The notes under the pieces were generated by a model. The model searched no databases. It worked only from the letters and a program-made list of their open reading frames with translations, and was not told where the DNA came from. From Candidatus Bipolaricaulota bacterium (GTDB lineage Bacteria > Bipolaricaulota > Bipolaricaulia > UBA7950 > UBA9294), in the NCBI GenBank assembly GCA_034715975.1, contig JAYEFP010000031.1, forward strand, positions 1-50,465: DNA of 50,465 bases, read 5' to 3'. Position numbers and translations under genes: made by a program. Of this stretch, positions 24,675 to 34,377 are shown in pieces (position 1 is the first letter of the stretch; every line of letters begins with the position of its first letter).

Positions 24675-26417
24675 CTACCCCTTTCGCGCTAGTCCGAGTT
24701 CGGCGAGCTGAGCGTCGTCGACTGGCATCGGGGCATCAGTGAGCGGGCAGATTCCGGTTGTCGTCTTAGGAAAGGCGATTACGTCACGCAAGGATTCCTC
24801 TCCGGCCATGAGCATCACTAACCGATCTATCCCCAGAGCGAAGCCACCATGCGGGGGTGCCCCGTATTCGAGCGCTCGCAGGAAGAATCCGAACCTCTCC
24901 TCTGCCCGTTGTGGCAAGATTCCAAGCAGGCCAAAGATTCTCTCCTGCAGCGCGCGGGAATGGATACGAATGCTCCCGCTTCCCATCTCTACCCCGTTCA
25001 GGACTAGATCGTAGGCATCCGAGCGCACGGCGAGGGGAGACTTGTCAAGGATGCTCATGTCCTCTGCTCTCGGGGCGGTAAATGGATGATGCTCGCTTGT
25101 CAAGCGACCCTCCTCATCCAGGCCGAACAATGGGAAATCTGTTACCCAGAGGAAATTCCAGCCTTCGCGTGCTAGGTTCTGTTCCTCAGCGATCGCTAAA
25201 CGGAGAGCGCCCAATCCCTGTTCGATCCCCTTCCCCGCCAGGATGAGAATCAGATCACCCTGTTTTGCGTCGAAGGCAGCGATGATTTGCTGCATCGTCT
25301 CCGGGGAAAGGAACTTCGTTAGTGGAGAGGAGATCTCCTCCTTGACCTTGATGAACGACATCCCCTTTGCCCCGGTGTGTACGGCGATCTCCTGCAAGCG
25401 ATCGATCTGTGAACGAGAATACCCGGCGCAGCCCTCGGCACAGATCCCCGCCACCTTCCCTCCGCTGGATACGGTGTCTGAGAAGACACGGAAGCCGGCG
25501 TCCTTCACGAGGGGAGAAATGTCGTGGATCTCCATTCCAAAGCGCAGATCCGGCTTGTCCGATCCGTAGCGTGCAAGTGCCTCGGCGTGTGTCATCCGCG
25601 GGAAAGGTGTGGGCAGATCTTCTGCGAGCAGGTCGTGGAAGGTGCGCTGCAGCGCACCTTCTAATAGGGAGAGGATCTCATCCTTACCGCGGGGAAAGGA
25701 GATCTCCAGGTCGAGCTGCGTGAACTCGGGTTGTCGGTCGGCTCGCAGGTCCTCATCGCGGAAGCACTTCACGAGCTGGAAGTAGCGATCAATTCCTCCG
25801 ATCATGAATAACTGTTTGAATAGCTGCGGCGACTGCGGCAGGGCGTAGAACGATCCGCGCGAGAACCTGCTGGGGACGAGGAAGTCACGTGCGCCCTCTG
25901 GAGTGGATTTAGTGAGAAAGGGAGTCTCGATCTCTACAAAGTCTTTCTCCGTGAAGAAGCTACGCAATCCGTGAAAGACTTGATGGCGCAGCCTCAGATT
26001 TCTTTGCATGCGCTCCCGTCGTAGGTCAACGTAACGATAACGCAGGCGGGTCTCTTCTGTCGTGTCCGCCCCCTCTCCTTCGACGAGAAATGGCGGCGTC
26101 AAAGAGCGGTTGAGGATCTCCAGATTCTGTACCTCGACCTCTATCTCACCGGTTTGCATTTCGTTGTTTGCATTTCCTTTGCTGCGGGCGCGTAGCCCTC
26201 CAGAGACGGCGATCACATCCTCACGATTCAGGGTGTGGCCATCAGTGAGAGCGGGGTCATCGCCGGAGAACACTAGCTGAATCACACCGGAGCTGTCACG
26301 GAGATCGACGAACGTCAGCCCTCCCAAATCGCGGCGACGCTTCACCCAACCGCACAGGGTTACTTGTCGACCGATGTCGGTCGCTGACAGCTGGGCACAG
26401 TAATTGCTTCTGTTCAT
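24675..26417 (-). CDS. aspS: aspartate--tRNA ligase (bacterial type)
   Basis: 580 aa. N-terminal OB fold ([21 protein letters not shown]), [18 protein letters not shown], and [12 protein letters not shown]. Confidence 0.95.
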   Translation of the reverse strand: MNRSNYCAQLSATDIGRQVTLCGWVKRRRDLGGLTFVDLRDSSGVIQLVFSGDDPALTDGHTLNREDVIAVSGGLRARSKGNANNEMQTGEIEVEVQNLEILNRSLTPPFLVEGEGADTTEETRLRYRYVDLRRERMQRNLRLRHQVFHGLRSFFTEKDFVEIETPFLTKSTPEGARDFLVPSRFSRGSFYALPQSPQLFKQLFMIGGIDRYFQLVKCFRDEDLRADRQPEFTQLDLEISFPRGKDEILSLLEGALQRTFHDLLAEDLPTPFPRMTHAEALARYGSDKPDLRFGMEIHDISPLVKDAGFRVFSDTVSSGGKVAGICAEGCAGYSRSQIDRLQEIAVHTGAKGMSFIKVKEEISSPLTKFLSPETMQQIIAAFDAKQGDLILILAGKGIEQGLGALRLAIAEEQNLAREGWNFLWVTDFPLFGLDEEGRLTSEHHPFTAPRAEDMSILDKSPLAVRSDAYDLVLNGVEMGSGSIRIHSRALQERIFGLLGILPQRAEERFGFFLRALEYGAPPHGGFALGIDRLVMLMAGEESLRDVIAFPKTTTGICPLTDAPMPVDDAQLAELGLARKG

Positions 26418-26452
26418 GGAACTCTCCTTCGCTCTTTTCGGGTATATTCAAG

Positions 26453-26480
26453 ATTATAGGCGGTTCTCCGCTGCGAGCAA
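26453..26480 (-). promoter_or_regulatory. candidate sigma-70 promoter for aspS
   Basis: On the minus strand: TTGCTC (26480-26475), 16-nt spacer, TATAAT (26458-26453). Confidence 0.5.
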
Positions 26481-26502
26481 GACGAATGTATATTGTGTCG
26501 GC

Positions 26503-26531
26503 TTGTATATACATAATCCATGATCTATACT
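26503..26531 (+). promoter_or_regulatory. candidate sigma-70 promoter for the AbrB-PhoU gene
   Basis: TTGTAT (26503-26508), 17-nt spacer, TATACT (26526-26531). AGGGAGGAGAG SD precedes the ATG at 26549. Confidence 0.5.
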
Positions 26532-26548
26532 CAGGTTAGGGAGGAGAG

Positions 26549-27547
26549 ATGAACAAGAGAAGAGTACAGGTGACAGGTGGCGGAACGTACTTTGTGACGC
26601 TTCCCAAGGCGTGGGCAACGGGCGTTGGGATTCATCGTGGCTCAGAGGTAACAGTGGTGGAGAACGCGACCGGGAGCCTTCTCCTCATGCCCGAAGACCT
26701 AAAGACGGAGAACCGGGTGCAGCTTTCTCTGCGAGGCAAAGACGCTGTATGGATTCAACGGGCGATCATCTCTTGCTACGTAACTGGCTTTGACGTCATT
26801 GAGATGAATGGTGTTCGCATTTCTCCACAGCAGCGCAGTGCAGTGCGGCGGGTGGCTCAATCACTCGTGGGTCTGGAGATTATGGATGAATCGCAGGACT
26901 CCATCGTGCTTTACTGTCTAGCCAGCATGCGCGACTTTACGGCGGAAGCGACGTTGCGTCGCATCTTCGCAATCACGCAGGCGATGTTGAACGATGCAGT
27001 GGCTGCCTTTCTTGCTCGCGACACTATCTTGGCAAACGATGTCGTGGAGAGAGATGTCGAGGCCGATCGCCTTACAAGAGTGATGTCGCGCGAGCTCGGC
27101 CTGCTACTACGAGACCTGTTACTCGAGCAGGAGATCGGGATGAGTCGCCTCCTGTTTCATGAATACCACGGGGTGGCGAAGGTCCTCGAACGGATCGGCG
27201 ACCATGCGGTGCAGATCTCACGAGCCGTCGCCGGGCTGAATGAGCCGATCGAGACAGACACAGTATCCCGTATCAAGCGGCTGAAGACGAGTGCAGTGAA
27301 GGTTGTCTCGCAGAGTGTGGACGCTTTCCTGAAGTCTGATTTGGCGGGGGCAAACGGGGTCTTGAGCGAGCGCGAGCACACACACAAGTGGGAAGAGGAG
27401 GCACAGCTACCAAATGCGGGAAAGAATGCCCTCAGCCTGGCGGTTATCTTCGGCAGCCTCCTGCGAGTGAGGGACTACGCGTTCAACGTTGCGGAGACGG
27501 CACTGAACATGGGTGTACCTCACCTGCAACAGCAAGACAAGAAGTAA
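26549..27547 (+). CDS. AbrB/SpoVT-type DNA-binding domain fused to PhoU-like domains (phosphate-uptake-regulator-like)
   Basis: The N-terminus RRVQVTGGGTYFVTLPKAWATGVGIHRGSEV is a SpoVT/AbrB swapped hairpin. The C-terminal helical repeats contain ...VAKVLERIGDHAVQISR (PhoU motif). Confidence 0.75.
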   Translation: MNKRRVQVTGGGTYFVTLPKAWATGVGIHRGSEVTVVENATGSLLLMPEDLKTENRVQLSLRGKDAVWIQRAIISCYVTGFDVIEMNGVRISPQQRSAVRRVAQSLVGLEIMDESQDSIVLYCLASMRDFTAEATLRRIFAITQAMLNDAVAAFLARDTILANDVVERDVEADRLTRVMSRELGLLLRDLLLEQEIGMSRLLFHEYHGVAKVLERIGDHAVQISRAVAGLNEPIETDTVSRIKRLKTSAVKVVSQSVDAFLKSDLAGANGVLSEREHTHKWEEEAQLPNAGKNALSLAVIFGSLLRVRDYAFNVAETALNMGVPHLQQQDKK

Positions 27548-27561
27548 TAATCACGGCGGCG

Positions 27562-28590
27562 TCAATTGCCTGTGCCCGTGCCCTTGAAGAACTTTCTCCC
27601 TAGAAGCGAGTGCCAGTCAGTGAAATCGCCCTCTTCGTTATCTCGTGCGATGTGCATCTTGACCATGTTTAGCCGTGCAGAGAGATTGTCGAAGTAGTAG
27701 ACTGCTATCGCTTCAGCAGTCTTGGGTACAATGGCGGCACCGAATTCGAGCTCTCCGTGGTGGGAGATGATGATGTGCTCCAGCAATTCAGGAATCTGAG
27801 GATCGGGCCACGAGATCCTCTTCGCTGCATCGCGCACCATGTCGCGGCCGAGGAGCAGGTGGCCGAGTAGCTGACCATCAAAGCTGTAACGAGGAGCGAT
27901 TGGTTTCTCAAGCTCCTTCACCTTCCCAATGTCATGTAGGATGCCCCCAGCTGTGGCCATCCCCTGATCGAGAGTAGAGCAAGTCTTCGCGTATTGATGA
28001 ACTCCGCTTGCTACCTCCAGTGTGTGCTCCAGAAGGCCGCCCAGGTACGCGTGGTGATAGTGCACCGCCGCCGGATATGTTCTAAAGGCTTCTTCGTTCT
28101 CTGTTGTGAGCAACACCGTGAGTTCGCGGAGGGGTTCTGAGGAGATGCTGGAGATCAGGCCCGTGAGCTCGTTCCACATCTCATCAATGTCACGGTCACT
28201 TGCCTGCACGAGGAGGCCGGGATCGAAGCCGCCGATCTTCCCTCGTTCTTGCTCGTATATCTCCAGGCGTCGGATCGACTCGACGATTATCTGGAGCGTG
28301 TTGCGATACGTCTCAGTACGACCTTCGACGAAAACGAAATCACTCTCGTCAAATTGGGAAGCGTAACGCTGCGTTGCCTCTGCCCAAGCACGTGCGGGGA
28401 TCGTCCCCGATTTATCGGCGAGAACGATCTCCAAGTACGCGTCGCCCTTGCGGGTGGCACGCTGTGTCTTCTGTTTGGCGAGGAAACACTGCGAAATACG
28501 TTGACCGGGACGCATATCCTTGATGAGGACATGCATCAAGGGGTAAGGCACTTCATCGTGCAGGTACTGCGCGAGCTTCTCAGCACACAT
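27562..28590 (-). CDS. OB-fold + HD-domain 3'-5' exoribonuclease (YhaM-like)
   Basis: N-terminal OB fold (YLEIVLADKSGTIPARAW...VFVEG) and HD domain (HHAYLGGLLEHTLEV...GILHDIGK). Confidence 0.7.
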   Translation of the reverse strand: MCAEKLAQYLHDEVPYPLMHVLIKDMRPGQRISQCFLAKQKTQRATRKGDAYLEIVLADKSGTIPARAWAEATQRYASQFDESDFVFVEGRTETYRNTLQIIVESIRRLEIYEQERGKIGGFDPGLLVQASDRDIDEMWNELTGLISSISSEPLRELTVLLTTENEEAFRTYPAAVHYHHAYLGGLLEHTLEVASGVHQYAKTCSTLDQGMATAGGILHDIGKVKELEKPIAPRYSFDGQLLGHLLLGRDMVRDAAKRISWPDPQIPELLEHIIISHHGELEFGAAIVPKTAEAIAVYYFDNLSARLNMVKMHIARDNEEGDFTDWHSLLGRKFFKGTGTGN

Positions 28591-28674
28591 TTTAACTCCT
28601 TACTTGTGACATTGACATAGGATGATGGTCGTCAACGATGATGGTTTGAAAGCGAAGAATTACCACCTTCTTGT

Positions 28675-29268
28675 TCACCCTTCCTTGGACTTTTCTCCAT
28701 ATTCTATCGGTTGTACGCTTTCCGCGGGGAGAGGGGAGGGCGCGGCTAGTGTGACCCCGACTTCTTGCAACAGCGAGACCATCTTCTCGATATTAGCGAA
28801 CGTGCCGATCCTTGCGTAGGTGACTTTTCCTGTTTCGTCGATGAATACGGTGAACGGGAAGGCAACTATACGATGCTTGTTTTGCGGTCGCTGTGGTTGG
28901 TACGCCTTGGAGACGATTTTTCCGTCATCGTAGAGGACAAGAAAATTGACTCTCTTGTTCTCCACTAATGCGACGGCCTCCTCCTGCGAGTTGCCGGCGC
29001 AGATCGTCACTAGGCTCACCTGCTCTCCGTAGCGTTGATGGAACTCCTCCAGCACAGGAAACTCATAGGTGCACGCACCACACCAGGTCGTCCAGAAATT
29101 GATGACAAGAGCGTGGCCAAGATAATCGGCGAGTGAGTGTTGCAGCACGGACAAATCGGGAAGATCGAAGCTGGGTGCCTGCATTCCTTCAATAGGGAAA
29201 TTTGTGGCCGTCGTTTGCATCTGCATCAGTGAGCAAACAATAAACACGATCAACACAAGACGCTTCAC
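28675..29268 (-). CDS. exported TlpA-like thioredoxin-fold protein
   Basis: Signal peptide, then APSFDLPDL...LVINFWTTWCGACTYEFP with a WCxxC motif. Confidence 0.8.
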   Translation of the reverse strand: MKRLVLIVFIVCSLMQMQTTATNFPIEGMQAPSFDLPDLSVLQHSLADYLGHALVINFWTTWCGACTYEFPVLEEFHQRYGEQVSLVTICAGNSQEEAVALVENKRVNFLVLYDDGKIVSKAYQPQRPQNKHRIVAFPFTVFIDETGKVTYARIGTFANIEKMVSLLQEVGVTLAAPSPLPAESVQPIEYGEKSKEG

Positions 29269-29327
29269 TGTTCTTCCTTTTTTCTAACGAGCGGCAAGGC
29301 ATTGGAGCCGCAAGCAGGCTCTGTGGA

Positions 29328-30152
29328 CTACATGTCGCCAGTTGTTTTCGACTTTCCCTGCGCTTGTGGTGCGTTTACCAGCGGGAAGTTGTCCTGATCG
29401 CCTTGGCTTCGTATCACATAAGGAGAATCCCAGATTCCGTCGTTGTCAGCGTCGATAACCTTCCAATCCGACCAGTAGTTCCCTCTATCATCCTTGTCCC
29501 ACGTATTGACATCCACCGAGTGAGCGTTGTGGATGTTGTCCACGAAAGCGTTGTCGTAGAGGAGGTTTCCGTTCGCTCCCAGGTCGAGATAGGCGCCCAT
29601 GTGGTTTGATGATATCTCATTTCCGATGATGTCGGAATTGTTCGATGCGTCGAGCCAGATCCCGGTGTCGTTCTTCAACATCACGTTTCTGAGAATCTGA
29701 TTGTCGTGCGAGAAGTAGAGGTGAATCCCATCGGTGTTGGCGCTCAATGTGCATTCCTTGATCAGGTTTGACGAAGCGAAATTGAGAACAATTCCGATCC
29801 AGTTGCCCGATACTTCGCAGTCTTCGACCGTTCCGTTCTCCACGTAACTCAAGAAGATGCCTGCTTGCGATGCACCACTGATGTTGACACCGCTGATCAC
29901 GAAATACCGATCTGTACGGTGGATGCTGATCCCGTAGCGACTGTAGCCGGCATCGATCTTCCAACCAGTGATGATGTATGGATCGTCAACCGTTCCTGAG
30001 CCGGCAGTGACACCATTCTCTGTGGTAAACTCGTAGTTGTTGCCGATAACGATCGGAGCGTGATCGGTCAACACGCCATCCATGGCGACGGCGACCAGCC
30101 CGGCAAACAGGACAAGCGCACAGACGACACCCACGAGGGAACTTATTCTCAT
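29328..30152 (-). CDS. exported right-handed parallel beta-helix repeat protein (NosD-like)
   Basis: Signal peptide and repeated units of about 22 aa (GI.L..S..N.I..N.I). Ends with ...NYWSDW...DNDGIWDSPY. Confidence 0.6.
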   Translation of the reverse strand: MRISSLVGVVCALVLFAGLVAVAMDGVLTDHAPIVIGNNYEFTTENGVTAGSGTVDDPYIITGWKIDAGYSRYGISIHRTDRYFVISGVNISGASQAGIFLSYVENGTVEDCEVSGNWIGIVLNFASSNLIKECTLSANTDGIHLYFSHDNQILRNVMLKNDTGIWLDASNNSDIIGNEISSNHMGAYLDLGANGNLLYDNAFVDNIHNAHSVDVNTWDKDDRGNYWSDWKVIDADNDGIWDSPYVIRSQGDQDNFPLVNAPQAQGKSKTTGDM

Positions 30153-30262
30153 TGCTCATCACCCCTTTATCGATCTCTAGACAGATACCTTATGATACCA
30201 GGTTTGTCTGTTGATGTGAAGTCCCAAACGACGGATGCGTGGTTCGCTTATGTCATGGAGCG

Positions 30263-31075
30263 TCAGCGCCTGCGATGAATCGCTTCCCAGAGGACGACAG
30301 GAACGCTGCGACGACGGAAGATGAACACGAGAAGGCCTCCAGCGATGAACCCTCCGATGTGAGCGAAAAAGGCTACTCCCCCGCCGGAAGCGCCGATTGC
30401 TCCTGCGCCGCTTATCAACTGGAAGAGGAACCAGAGACCGAGGAGGATCACCGCGGGGATACGAATCAACCGGATGAAGAAGAAGATGGGGACAAGGGTG
30501 AGGACGCGTGAATACGGGAAGAGCATGAAGTAGGCGGCGAGAACACCGGCTATTGCCCCGGACGCGCCGATCTGCGGGATGGCACTGTGTGAAGAGATCA
30601 CAGTCTGTGTCGCAGTGGCAATGAGCCCACACAGGAGATAGAACACGAGGAACCTCCCGTGGCCCATGGCGTCTTCTACATTGTCGCCGAAGATCCACAG
30701 GTAGAGCATGTTTCCCAGGATGTGGAGCAAACCTCCGTGGATGAACATTGCACTGAAGAGAGTGATCCACAGCGGAAGAGCAATCGTGGGTGGAAGGTCC
30801 TTCCCCGCAAGAAACTCGCCGGGTATGAATCCGTAGGAGAACACGAATTGCTCGCGCGGGGAAATGCGCACGTAGGAGACGGGCCTCTTCAAATCAGCGA
30901 AGCTAAGATTGTGTACCTGCCAGGACGAGACGTTCAAGGTAAGCATTTCCTGGGAGCTATTCGTTAGTTGGTAGGAGAAAACCAGCAGATTGATGATGAT
31001 CAAGACGACCGTGACGATGGGGAACGTTCTGCTCTGTTGATAGTCTCGTATAGGGATCATGGGCCCATGATACAT
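30263..31075 (-). CDS. rhomboid-family intramembrane serine protease
   Basis: Contains FIHGGLLHILGNMLYLWIFG, a GASGAIAG catalytic Ser motif, and AHIGGFIAG. Confidence 0.85.
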   Translation of the reverse strand: MYHGPMIPIRDYQQSRTFPIVTVVLIIINLLVFSYQLTNSSQEMLTLNVSSWQVHNLSFADLKRPVSYVRISPREQFVFSYGFIPGEFLAGKDLPPTIALPLWITLFSAMFIHGGLLHILGNMLYLWIFGDNVEDAMGHGRFLVFYLLCGLIATATQTVISSHSAIPQIGASGAIAGVLAAYFMLFPYSRVLTLVPIFFFIRLIRIPAVILLGLWFLFQLISGAGAIGASGGGVAFFAHIGGFIAGGLLVFIFRRRSVPVVLWEAIHRRR

Positions 31076-31338
31076 TCTTCTTCACAGTAGCGACAAGGAC
31101 TGAGCACACGCCCCTTCTATCTCGATTGGTGCAGAGAGACAATCGTGCGAAGAGCACGTCGTGAGGAGACAGGCAAGGGTGCGGATTAACGTATTGAGCG
31201 CTTCGAAGAAGGAGCGAGATTCTGCGAGGAGTTGCTGCTTGTATTGATCGCAAGGGAGTCTGTATCATTCACTTGGCTTGTCGTGTTTGGTGTTGTTGGA
31301 GAGCTGAAAGACACGATTGCTGGTTTCAAGGAGGATAT

Positions 31339-32373
31339 ATGGAGCTTCTCAAGCGTTTGAGTGAAGCGGGCGGCGTGCCCGGACATGAGGGAAAGATTCG
31401 AAGCATCATCAGTGAGGTGTTGGAGGGCAAAGCGGAGACGATCGAGACGGACCAACTGGGAAACCTCATTGCTCACTTGCCGGGTGATGGACCGGTGGTG
31501 ATGATCGCCGCGCACATGGATGAGATCGGGTTTATCGTCAGTTACATCGAGAAGGACACTGGTTTTCTGCGCATCCATCCCCTGGGTGGGTTTGATGTCA
31601 AGACACTCATTGCCCAGCGGGTGATTGTGCACACGGAGGCGGGCGATCTGGTCGGATGCATTGGGGCAAAACCGATCCACATCATGACCGCCGAAGAGCG
31701 GAAGAAGCTGCCGGAGATGAAGGATCTGTTTGTCGATCTGGGGCTCACGGAGGAGCGCGTGCGCGAGCTGGTTGCTGTTGGTGATATGGTCACGATGCGG
31801 CAGGACTTCCTTGTCGGTGAAGAAGTTGTTTCCGGGAAGGCACTAGACGACCGCGCCGGTGTGTACATCGGGATTGAAGCGATAAAGCGGGCAAAGAAGA
31901 TCGCTTGTGATCTGTACTTTGTTGGAACGGCGCAGGAAGAGGTGGGCCTGCGCGGGGCGCAGGTGGCCGGATTTGCCGTTCACCCTCAAATCTCGATCGC
32001 CCTTGATACGACGCTGGCGGTTGACATGCCAGGAGTCCCGGGTGCGCAGCAAGTCACGAAGCTCGGAAAGGGTGTGGCGATCAAGATTGCGGACAGCTCG
32101 TCCATCTCGCACGTCGGTCTGGTGCGCGCAATGAAGGACCTGGCAATGGAGCGGAAAATCCCCTATCAGATGGAGATCTTGCCGCGCGGAGGTACGGATG
32201 CCGGTGCGATGCAGCGTGCGCGTTCGGGCTCTGCGGCGATTACTCTTTCCCTCCCCTCACGCTACGTGCACTCAGTAGTGGAGATGGCACATCAGGACGA
32301 CCTCGATGCGGCGATTTCGCTGTTGGCGGCGTTTCTGGAGACGGCGGATAGCGTTGACTTAAGCAGAGGATAG
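31339..32373 (+). CDS. M42-family metallo-aminopeptidase (FrvX / endoglucanase-like)
   Basis: Start set at ATG 31339 (AAGGAGGA SD). Contains LSEAGGVPGHEG, AHMDEIGF, ALDDRAG, QEEVGLRGA and GGTDAG. Confidence 0.85.
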   Translation: MELLKRLSEAGGVPGHEGKIRSIISEVLEGKAETIETDQLGNLIAHLPGDGPVVMIAAHMDEIGFIVSYIEKDTGFLRIHPLGGFDVKTLIAQRVIVHTEAGDLVGCIGAKPIHIMTAEERKKLPEMKDLFVDLGLTEERVRELVAVGDMVTMRQDFLVGEEVVSGKALDDRAGVYIGIEAIKRAKKIACDLYFVGTAQEEVGLRGAQVAGFAVHPQISIALDTTLAVDMPGVPGAQQVTKLGKGVAIKIADSSSISHVGLVRAMKDLAMERKIPYQMEILPRGGTDAGAMQRARSGSAAITLSLPSRYVHSVVEMAHQDDLDAAISLLAAFLETADSVDLSRG

Positions 32374-32376
32374 CCA

Positions 32377-33738
32377 ATGACGCGCACACTCTTCCGCAAC
32401 TTCGACCTTGTAGCGACGATGGATACGGAGCGTCGCGAGATCCGGGGAGGCAGCGTCCTAGTTGATGGTAACGTGATCCGCGCCGTCTCCGACGGTGCAT
32501 TGGCACTGGATGCGGATCGTGTGATCGACGGGAGGGGGAAGATCCTCCTTCCTGGCTTCGTCAACACGCACCATCACCTGTATCAGACCCTGTTCCGGAA
32601 TGTTCCCGGTGCGTCCGATCGCAAGCTGTTCGATTGGCTCGTCTTCCTCTACGAACGGTGGAAGGGGTTGGACGACGAGGCGGTCCGAATCAGCGCGGCC
32701 GTTGGTTGCAGCGAGCTTCTCCTATCGGGGGCGACGACGACCTCTGATCACTTCTACCTCTTTCCCCGCGGGTATCCGGATATCTTCGACGCAGAGGTGG
32801 AGGGGGGGATGATGAGCGGTATCCGCTTTCATCCTTGCCGTGGATCGATGTCGCTATCCAAGAAGGATGGTGGTCTTCCTCCCGACAGCGTAGTGCAATC
32901 GGAGGATGAAATACTGTGCGACTGTCAGCGGGTGATCGAACGTTACCACGATACGCAGCCTTTCTCCATGCTGCGTGTGGCCCTTGCCCCCTGCTCACCG
33001 TTTTCAGTAACTGCGGATTTGATGCGCGAGTCAACGAGGCTTGCCGACGAGTACAACGTGCTTTTGCACACGCACCTTGCCGAGACGGTTGACGAGGAAG
33101 AATTCTGCTTGGAGAGCTTTGGATCGCGTCCAGTTGACTATATGGAAGAGCTTGGCTGGCTCAGGGATGACGCGTGGTTTGCTCATCTCGTGCACGTGAG
33201 CGAGGCTGACATTGCGAAACTCGTGAGTGCTGAGTGTGGCCTTGCCCACTGTCCGAGCTCGAACATGACCCTCGGATCCGGGATCGCTCCGGTGGTGCCG
33301 ATGGCAAAGACCGCGATGCGAATCGGGATTGGAGTCGACGGACCGGCGAGCAACGACACTTCGAGCATGATTCGCGAGGTGAGACAATCGATGCTCTTGC
33401 AGCGTGTGCGCTACGGGGCGGAGTCGTTCTCCGCGCGTGACGCTTTGTATCTTGCGACGATGGGTGGAGCCAGCGTCCTTCGCCGCGAGGATGAAATCGG
33501 TTCGATCGAGGTCGGGAAAGCCGCGGATCTGATCACGTTTGACATGAGCGGAATCGAGTTTGCCGGGGCGCAGTCCGATCCGTTGGCGGCTATCGTTCAC
33601 TGCGGCGCCGAACGTGTCGATACGGCGATGGTGAATGGGCAAATCCGCGTCCGTGAAGGACGCCTTGTCGACGAATCCCTCTATGAGTTGATCCCGCGTC
33701 ACAACGAGATCTCCCTCAAACTCATCAACGGCCGATGA
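32377..33738 (+). CDS. metal-dependent amidohydrolase, 8-oxoguanine/aminohydrolase (SsnA/AtzB-like) family
   Basis: LLPGFVNTHHHLYQTLFRN, HLAET..E and VGIGVDG.ASND are typical of the COG0402 deaminase/chlorohydrolase group. Confidence 0.8.
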   Translation: MTRTLFRNFDLVATMDTERREIRGGSVLVDGNVIRAVSDGALALDADRVIDGRGKILLPGFVNTHHHLYQTLFRNVPGASDRKLFDWLVFLYERWKGLDDEAVRISAAVGCSELLLSGATTTSDHFYLFPRGYPDIFDAEVEGGMMSGIRFHPCRGSMSLSKKDGGLPPDSVVQSEDEILCDCQRVIERYHDTQPFSMLRVALAPCSPFSVTADLMRESTRLADEYNVLLHTHLAETVDEEEFCLESFGSRPVDYMEELGWLRDDAWFAHLVHVSEADIAKLVSAECGLAHCPSSNMTLGSGIAPVVPMAKTAMRIGIGVDGPASNDTSSMIREVRQSMLLQRVRYGAESFSARDALYLATMGGASVLRREDEIGSIEVGKAADLITFDMSGIEFAGAQSDPLAAIVHCGAERVDTAMVNGQIRVREGRLVDESLYELIPRHNEISLKLINGR

Positions 33739-34018
33739 ACGTTACCTTAGAGGTCTCCTTTTCCTTCAAAAACGATCTTGTCGATCACCCGGTGACGCTC
33801 GCGCTTGCAAAAAAAAGAGTGGATGTGAGCACCGCGTTGCGTGCTCTTGTGGTGAAGCACCCCCAGGTGTCGTCGCGCATCTTCACCGATAGAGGGGATG
33901 TGCACCCGTACATCAATGTGCTCAAGAACGGGGGAATGTCAGATTCCAGTGTGGCTTCGAGACCGAACTAAAAGACGGTGATCACCTGACGATCGTTCCG
34001 CCAATTGGTGGCGGCTAG
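33735..34018 (+). pseudogene. ThiS/MoaD-family ubiquitin-like protein, frame broken at a G5 run
   Basis: The ATG overlaps the amidohydrolase stop (ATGA). Frame 0 stops at 33969-33971. The -1 frame continues as NVRFQCGFETELKDGDHLTIVPPIGGG-stop (34016-34018), the classic C-terminal GG end. The frames switch at GGGGG 33930-33934. Confidence 0.6.
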
Positions 34019-34100
34019 AATGACATAGATTTCGGTCCTTGGCCCGGGATACTCAGTTATTTGCGTGAACAACGTGTGTCAGATAGCGGCTGAAAGGGGT

Positions 34101-34126
34101 GAGGGGCTCATTGTGCTGAGCCCCTC
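34101..34126. terminator. perfect 10-bp hairpin in a convergent spacer
   Basis: GAGGGGCTCA (34101-34110), loop TTGTGC, then TGAGCCCCTC (34117-34126). Only a short T/U tract on the minus-strand side. Confidence 0.4.
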
Positions 34127-34321
34127 TGTGCTGGCGTAGTGGGCTGCTCTTCAAGGAGGTCAGCAGGTTTCCCCTGCCTGTTGCCCAATTGAATACTACG
34201 AGCCAGACATGTGGATTCTGTGAACGGGCTGCGGGCTTTCTGTGCGGGAATCTTCCTGGCTACTTTAAGGTGGCGTATTTGGTGATTAAGGTCCCAAGGA
34301 ATATCGGTTTCACACATCGCG

Positions 34322-34377
34322 TCTCCGCGTCTCCCGATCTCCCGATCTCCTGATCTCCCGATCTCCCGATCTAGCTC
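34322..34377. repeat. tandem 8-bp repeat (TCTCCCGA)n, about 7 units, 5 phased GATC sites
   Basis: tctccgcg / tctcccga x2 / tctcctga / tctcccga x2 / tctagctc. GATC recurs every 8 bp. Confidence 0.9.

Noticed and set aside
30957-31268. A 103-aa minus-strand ORF spanning the rhomboid start and the divergent promoter region.
   Set aside because: It overlaps the well-supported rhomboid N-terminus out of frame. It has no SD and an arbitrary composition.
34150-34190. SRP RNA-like motif (AGGUCAG ... hairpin).
   Set aside because: The conserved GGAA tetraloop followed by GGAAGCAGCC, and the symmetric-loop arrangement of SRP domain IV, are not present on either strand.
34322-34377. Possible CRISPR array or replication origin, suggested by the clustered GATC sites about 3 kb from dnaN.
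   Set aside because: The units are 8 bp and contiguous with no spacers, so this is not a CRISPR array. No cluster of DnaA-box-like TTATCCACA sequences is present (only one 7/9 match, near 34211). There is no dnaA gene and no AT-rich unwinding element.
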